Translations under genes and position numbers: made by a program
Shown: one piece after another, positions 23,503 through 28,300 of the stretch
Position numbering within the stretch: the first letter of the stretch is position 1
How the letters are laid out: each line of letters begins with the position of its first letter
Source of the DNA: a virus
Taxonomy: Duplodnaviria > Caudoviricetes
DNA length: 28,300 bases
Reading direction: 5' to 3' (one strand)
Virus record (IMG/VR): IMGVR_UViG_3300044676_004790
Span: 1-28,300 of that record
The notes under the pieces: generated by a model
Database searches by the model: none
Told to the model about the DNA's origin: nothing
The model's input: only the letters and a program-made list of their open reading frames with translations

Positions 23503-23727
23503 ATGGATATTACACACTATATGTTTGCCGGATTGGGGGTCGCTCTTTCCATCCTCGCATTTTTTATCAAGCGTAATAAGTGGGAGATTGATGACATGAA
23601 GGAACGGGTTCGACAAATAGAAATCTCCCATGCCGGACAAATTAAGGACATCGATCATCTGACTAAAGTCTGCGAGGACCGGCGGGAAGATATTAAGAAA
23701 ATCTTCGAGAAGATGGAGAGGAAATGA
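23503..23727 (+). CDS. Small membrane-anchored coiled-coil protein
   Basis: N-terminal TM 'YMFAGLGVALSILAFFI'. Confidence 0.7.
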   Translation: MDITHYMFAGLGVALSILAFFIKRNKWEIDDMKERVRQIEISHAGQIKDIDHLTKVCEDRREDIKKIFEKMERK

Positions 23728-23728
23728 A

Positions 23729-24193
23729 ATGGGTGAACTTATTGCAATGTTTCTTACCGGCGGGGGTAGTACAGCGATGGGTGCGATCCTTAAAGGCGTG
23801 TTTGGTATGGTCTTTGAGAGCCGCAAGCAAAAGTATGATATGGATATGGCTCGAGAGAGTAGGGGGAATGAAAACTTTCTTAAACTACAAGAGCAAATTG
23901 CAAACTCAGGCCAGGCAGAAACGGCTTCAAAGACGAGAAAATTATTGGCGACTATTGGCGTTAGTTCCATGTGTGCTTGTATTGTCCTGTGTACACTCTT
24001 CCCGACCCAAGAACTCGTCACCTTTACCAATGCAAACGGCGAAGGTAGGACCGAGTTCCTCTTCGGCATTGTCTCATGGCCAGCCAGCCAAGACCCAATC
24101 ACAATTTCTACTGGACACATCTCCCTTATGGGAAACCTCACGATCCTCCCTTGTATTTTGGGATTTTATTTTGGGCCATCCCCCCGCAGATGA
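23729..24193 (+). CDS. Holin-like membrane protein
   Basis: N-terminal Gly-rich amphipathic segment, two hydrophobic segments and C-terminal 'ILGFYFG'. Confidence 0.6.
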   Translation: MGELIAMFLTGGGSTAMGAILKGVFGMVFESRKQKYDMDMARESRGNENFLKLQEQIANSGQAETASKTRKLLATIGVSSMCACIVLCTLFPTQELVTFTNANGEGRTEFLFGIVSWPASQDPITISTGHISLMGNLTILPCILGFYFGPSPRR

Positions 24194-24342
24194 TGATTGA
24201 TCGAGCATCAGTATTAGGAATGAGCGGGACGGCGGCCACATTTGGTCTATCCACCTTTGACTCAATGATCGGAATAGCGGTCGGACTGGTGACATTGGTC
24301 TATATGTCCATAAAACTTTATCAGGAGGTTAAGAAGAAATGA
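24190..24342 (+). CDS. Small holin-like membrane peptide
   Basis: MMIDRASVLGMSGTAATFGLSTFDSMIGIAVGLVTLVYMSIKLYQEVKKK, with ATGA overlaps at both ends. Confidence 0.6.
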   Translation: MMIDRASVLGMSGTAATFGLSTFDSMIGIAVGLVTLVYMSIKLYQEVKKK

Positions 24343-26774
24343 GCCGGTATCGTTCATACGGAAAGCTCGATGATAAATTCATCACTGAAGGCGATACCTT
24401 CTTTCTGCGGATGAATGCCCGACTTCGCCCTAATCAGTTGAAGCCTGGTGAGGTCGCTCTGTCTAAGAATGGCCGAATGAATGATGATGGGACATGGCAA
24501 CCCCGAAAGGGATTATCCACTTTATTTGGAGCAATCACATCGGGTGCAAATTCAATTCGATTGCCGTACACTATTCAAACGGCTCAAAGAAATAGCGGAG
24601 TTGTAACCATTGTTTTAAATGAAACTCCATCCCTTTCTTTCATACCAGGAGATAATATTCATGTGGCCGACCTGGACTCCTCGGCAAACGGAACACAGAC
24701 TTTAGCTTCGGTAAATTTTACGACTAAAACCATTACTTATGCTAACGCTGGAAGTGATACTGTATTCAGTATTAACGGCGAGGGAGTAGGGAACACATCC
24801 GTGGTTTCTGCTGGAACTGCAATCTCAACCACTTTAAACTTTACCCTCAACGATGATGGAGTAAATGAGGTATTCGGATCGGCAGTTTTCTCCGATGCGG
24901 CATCCGATTCCGATGATTATATTTTAACTGCAACCGATACAGTCTGTATAATTTTTCGTTTGAAGGACTCCGCACTTTTTAAATGCCGGTATGACGGGGG
25001 TGGGGAGTCCGTGGATGGACCTGTTAACCTGACTCAGGGACTCGGTAAGATGTTTATCTTTCGGACAAATCAGACAACCCTCGAGGCATCCCCAAAAGTT
25101 AATCTGATCGAAGTATCTTCTGCCTCTCAGACTGGAAATACAATTACAGTTAATACATCTTCAGATCATAACCGAGTGGTAAATGATTTTGTAACTCTTA
25201 GCGGATTTGGAAATTATACGGAAAATCCCAATGACTGTTACCAGGTTAAAACTGTTGTATCTTTAACAAGTTTTACAGTAACTAAAGAGACCGAACAGAC
25301 TGCTACTTTTAATGTGTCAGGAGCAAAGGTTGAATATTTTGATGACTTTACTAAAGTGGCAAATGGGACTTATACCGCACCGGTATATCTGACGGACACA
25401 ACTGCGACAGCCTCCAACGGGGAGGTCACAATGGATGTCACCGCTCATGGCCTATCCGCTGGGGATACTTTAACCATTCAGGCGGGAGCATCTCCATTCG
25501 ATGGATCAGTGGACCAATCAGTCCGAGTAACATCAGCCCCCACAGTTAATCAGTTTACATTTAATTTAAATGTGGTGGATGGATCGGCCAGTCTCACAGT
25601 ATCCAAACCATTGGCCATCGGAAAAGGATTTATTCATCAGCCCGCCGCCCCTTGGGGAGTGGTTCACGAAAGAAGGCTATGGCTTCCATATTGGTACACA
25701 TCGGCCACTACGCCAGCAGATAGAGAAATAAGAGATGAAATCGTGGCATCGGATATCATGGATTTTAATACATTCGATGTCATCGGAAATCAGTTCAGAC
25801 CGACTGCCGGACAAAGTGACTTCACAGTGCAGCTTACTCCCTTTACCAAGGATAGTCTGGTAATATTTAACAGAAAATCCATTCATCTGATGACTGGAAT
25901 CAGCGGATCTCTAGCGGATGTAAAATCCAATGTGGTAACGACTGAAATCGGATGCTCGGCAAGAAAGTCAGTGGTCCAAGTGGCAAATCAGATTATGTTC
26001 TTATCTGACCAAGGGATTTACGGAATAACCTTTCTCGATGAATATAATTTACGAGGAACAGGCACACCAATTTCCGAAACCATCCAGCCTTATATAGACC
26101 GAATAAACCAGGACTATGCCCATTTAAGCTGTGCAGTTTATTTCAACAACCGGTATTGGATTGCATTGCCGATTGATTCGTCAGTGGGTGCTGGCAATGC
26201 CACAAAACTTAATACCATAATTGTTTACAATTTCATTAATGGCGGATTTGAAAGCATTGACACTGTTAATTCAACCAAGTTTGCAATTCGTGAATTATTA
26301 GTCGGTCGGGAAGGGGCACAGAATGCTTTATACTTATCGACTGAAGAAGGCGGGGTGCATAAAGTGGATGGATTTGAGGGCGGGGATGTGGTTTCGCTGA
26401 CTGCCGGCCAAGCGGTCTCTCAGACAATACCAGTAGTCTCTCAGATTACCACTCGCCAATACGATGCCGATCAATTGGACCGAAAGATGTTCAGCCGTGC
26501 AGAGTTTCATATTAAGAGCGGTGAGGAAACAATTACGGATGGTAACATCAGTTTCATAACTGAAGACCCCGATTCAACCACTTCGTCCACATTGGTCTCT
26601 TCTTTGATTGGTTCAACCTTACCGGCCAATGAAGACTCATCGATCAGGCTGGGGATTAGAAAAAGAGGCTTTGGGATTCAGGCAGACTTTCAACCAACAG
26701 AGGGCAGACCCTATCTTCGGGCCGCCAAAATAGATGCACGAATAACGGATCGTTCGACAACCAGTATTTCATAG
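24339..26774 (+). CDS. Tail nozzle/tubular protein B-like protein
   Basis: 811 aa, beta-propeller-like ('GVVHERRLW', 'EIGCSARKSVVQVANQIMFLSDQGIY', 'YFNNRYWIA'). Confidence 0.8.
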   Translation: MSRYRSYGKLDDKFITEGDTFFLRMNARLRPNQLKPGEVALSKNGRMNDDGTWQPRKGLSTLFGAITSGANSIRLPYTIQTAQRNSGVVTIVLNETPSLSFIPGDNIHVADLDSSANGTQTLASVNFTTKTITYANAGSDTVFSINGEGVGNTSVVSAGTAISTTLNFTLNDDGVNEVFGSAVFSDAASDSDDYILTATDTVCIIFRLKDSALFKCRYDGGGESVDGPVNLTQGLGKMFIFRTNQTTLEASPKVNLIEVSSASQTGNTITVNTSSDHNRVVNDFVTLSGFGNYTENPNDCYQVKTVVSLTSFTVTKETEQTATFNVSGAKVEYFDDFTKVANGTYTAPVYLTDTTATASNGEVTMDVTAHGLSAGDTLTIQAGASPFDGSVDQSVRVTSAPTVNQFTFNLNVVDGSASLTVSKPLAIGKGFIHQPAAPWGVVHERRLWLPYWYTSATTPADREIRDEIVASDIMDFNTFDVIGNQFRPTAGQSDFTVQLTPFTKDSLVIFNRKSIHLMTGISGSLADVKSNVVTTEIGCSARKSVVQVANQIMFLSDQGIYGITFLDEYNLRGTGTPISETIQPYIDRINQDYAHLSCAVYFNNRYWIALPIDSSVGAGNATKLNTIIVYNFINGGFESIDTVNSTKFAIRELLVGREGAQNALYLSTEEGGVHKVDGFEGGDVVSLTAGQAVSQTIPVVSQITTRQYDADQLDRKMFSRAEFHIKSGEETITDGNISFITEDPDSTTSSTLVSSLIGSTLPANEDSSIRLGIRKRGFGIQADFQPTEGRPYLRAAKIDARITDRSTTSIS

Positions 26775-26786
26775 GAGATTAAAAAA

Positions 26787-27578
26787 ATGGGAGTAATTAC
26801 AACAGGACAGACTTTTAGTAGCGGAGATCAGGTAACGGCCTCCAAACTTAACGAAATCGCCAATTTGGCAACATTTACCTCGGCTAGTGATACCACAGAC
26901 GATTCAACTTTGACCCTTGGTTCGAGCAAGCTGAAAGTAAAAGACCTAGGGATTACATCTACACAGTTGGCGGCGGACTCCGTTATAACTGATAAAATCC
27001 AAGACGGAGCAGTTACATCAGCCAAGTTGGATTCAAATGCAGTTCTGACTGCTAATATAGCGGATTCAACAGGTACAACGGATGGTGTAACTACTGCAAA
27101 AATTGCTAATGAAGCTGTCACTTCAGCTAAAATTAGCTCAACAGATACTGAATTAAACTATGTTAATGGTGGTTTAGGTCTAGGAACTTTAAATGAAGCA
27201 ACTGCTGAAGGAGTACCTGATTTTGATCTAACTGCTACAAAAGTAAAACTGAAGGGCGCTGCTACTCAATTATTCATTAAGGATACAGATGAGACAGGCA
27301 CTCCCACTGAAATTGCTATTTCCCTTAACCAAAAAGCCTTAAGGTTTGGTTTTCAAGATTCACCTAGTACTCAAGCACTTCAAATCTTTGGAAGAAACCT
27401 TGCAATAGCTGGCGGCACAGTAGCTCAGATGAATGCTTTAACTGCTGATGATGGAGCTTTAACTGGCAATATTGCTTATGTTTCTAATGGTAATGCGGGT
27501 AACCCTTGTTTGGCAATGTATGACGGCAGTGCTTGGAAAGTAATAGCAACATTAGGATCAACTATATCAGCATCTTAA
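26787..27578 (+). CDS. Tail fibre protein
   Basis: Anchor 'TFSSGDQVTASKLN', about 10-aa 'VTTAKIA' repeats and C-terminal 'MYDGSAW'. AGGAG SD. Confidence 0.8.
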   Translation: MGVITTGQTFSSGDQVTASKLNEIANLATFTSASDTTDDSTLTLGSSKLKVKDLGITSTQLAADSVITDKIQDGAVTSAKLDSNAVLTANIADSTGTTDGVTTAKIANEAVTSAKISSTDTELNYVNGGLGLGTLNEATAEGVPDFDLTATKVKLKGAATQLFIKDTDETGTPTEIAISLNQKALRFGFQDSPSTQALQIFGRNLAIAGGTVAQMNALTADDGALTGNIAYVSNGNAGNPCLAMYDGSAWKVIATLGSTISAS

Positions 27579-27581
27579 AAT

Positions 27582-28300
27582 ATGAAAGAATACGAAAATT
27601 ACGGACTTATTGAGAGGCTTTTAAATTTAGGCTCACCAAAAACATACACCGATCAGTTCGGCCGACAAGTAACCGACTCAGGCGTTATTTTCACCGAGAG
27701 GTCGGTAAAAGATCCAGGCTTTGATGCGGCCATGAAAAGATATGAAGCTCAAAATCTTGAGGACGAGGAATTAGCCATGATCAATCCAGCCGAAAGAGAA
27801 ATTTTAAGAATGTCCGGAGCAAGCGGAAAGATGATGGATTCAGGGATGAAATCCTATGCACCTGAAGATCCGCTCAAACAAGCGGCAACTCTTCTAAACA
27901 TGGCCGCCCCACAAGGGGAAGGATTGGCATACATTAACGAGGACGAGGCGGATATGCTCAGGGAAGCCGGTGGGGCTGGAGAGCCAGTAAACTCTTCGGG
28001 AGTCCCATCGTTCTTTATTAATAAATTATTTGGGGGCGGGAAAAAAGCTCCACCTTTACCTAAATTTGATGCTGGTAAATCTGCAAGGGAGTATGTCGGA
28101 GCTATGGCAGATGAAGGACTTCAGGACCGATTACTTCGAGTCCGCCAGCAGTATGATCCACAGTATCAAGATTTACAGCTTAACCTCGCACAAAGAGCGG
28201 CAGACCCATTGGCAAGCCTAGCTGAAGCATCTGCTTTAAGAGGTCAGGACTTTGGATCTCGTTTGGCCGAGAGACAGGCTGGAGCAGATATATCTCTGAT
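27582..28300 (+). CDS. Internal virion/ejection protein (3'-truncated)
   Basis: Frame open from ATG 27582 to the window end: MKEYENYGL...LAYINEDEADMLREAGGAGEPVNSSGVPSF...; A/Q/G-rich and helical. Confidence 0.7.
   Translation, partial: MKEYENYGLIERLLNLGSPKTYTDQFGRQVTDSGVIFTERSVKDPGFDAAMKRYEAQNLEDEELAMINPAEREILRMSGASGKMMDSGMKSYAPEDPLKQAATLLNMAAPQGEGLAYINEDEADMLREAGGAGEPVNSSGVPSFFINKLFGGGKKAPPLPKFDAGKSAREYVGAMADEGLQDRLLRVRQQYDPQYQDLQLNLAQRAADPLASLAEASALRGQDFGSRLAERQAGADISL

Noticed and set aside
23338-24141. 267-aa minus-strand ORF
   Set aside because: Antisense to three coupled membrane genes, with no recognisable domain or lipobox.
23724-24200. 158-aa alternative-frame ORF over the holin-like gene (possible Rz1-like nesting)
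   Set aside because: No convincing signal peptide or lipobox; the 23729 frame has the coherent TM pattern.
1-28300. Stop-codon reassignment, DGR/retron, intein, tRNA or integrase
   Set aside because: Long genes are intact in the standard code and use all three stops. I saw no reverse transcriptase, template/variable repeat pair, intein motif, tRNA cloverleaf or recombinase motif.

Overview
This window is a continuous stretch of a tailed dsDNA phage genome, with podovirus-like gene order and probably environmental or marine origin (inferred from gene families). The left arm (229-10127, + strand) is an early/replication module: Xis-like HTH, RuvC-like resolvase, SSB-like protein, stand-alone DnaA domain IV, PD-(D/E)XK exonuclease, C5 cytosine methyltransferase, family A DNA polymerase, HNH nuclease, dNMP kinase, primase and RepA-like helicase. 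The middle (10128-11808) is rich in cis-elements: nested hairpins, iteron-like repeats, an inverted small-terminase-like gene, a dif-like site, a G-tract and two 10-bp-period arrays. The right arm (11809-28300, + strand) carries TerL, portal, small basic proteins, scaffold, major capsid, tail adaptor, fibres, membrane/lysis proteins, nozzle and a truncated internal virion protein. The most unusual observations are (1) a C5 methyltransferase apparently spread over three ORFs in all three forward frames, one fully nested; (2) a structured early leader with mutually exclusive pairings next to the first start codon; (3) two inverted dif-like XerC/D sites; and (4) helically phased, DnaA-box-like repeats in a phage that encodes its own DnaA DNA-binding domain. 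All calls come from reading motifs by eye; no searches or folding programs were run.
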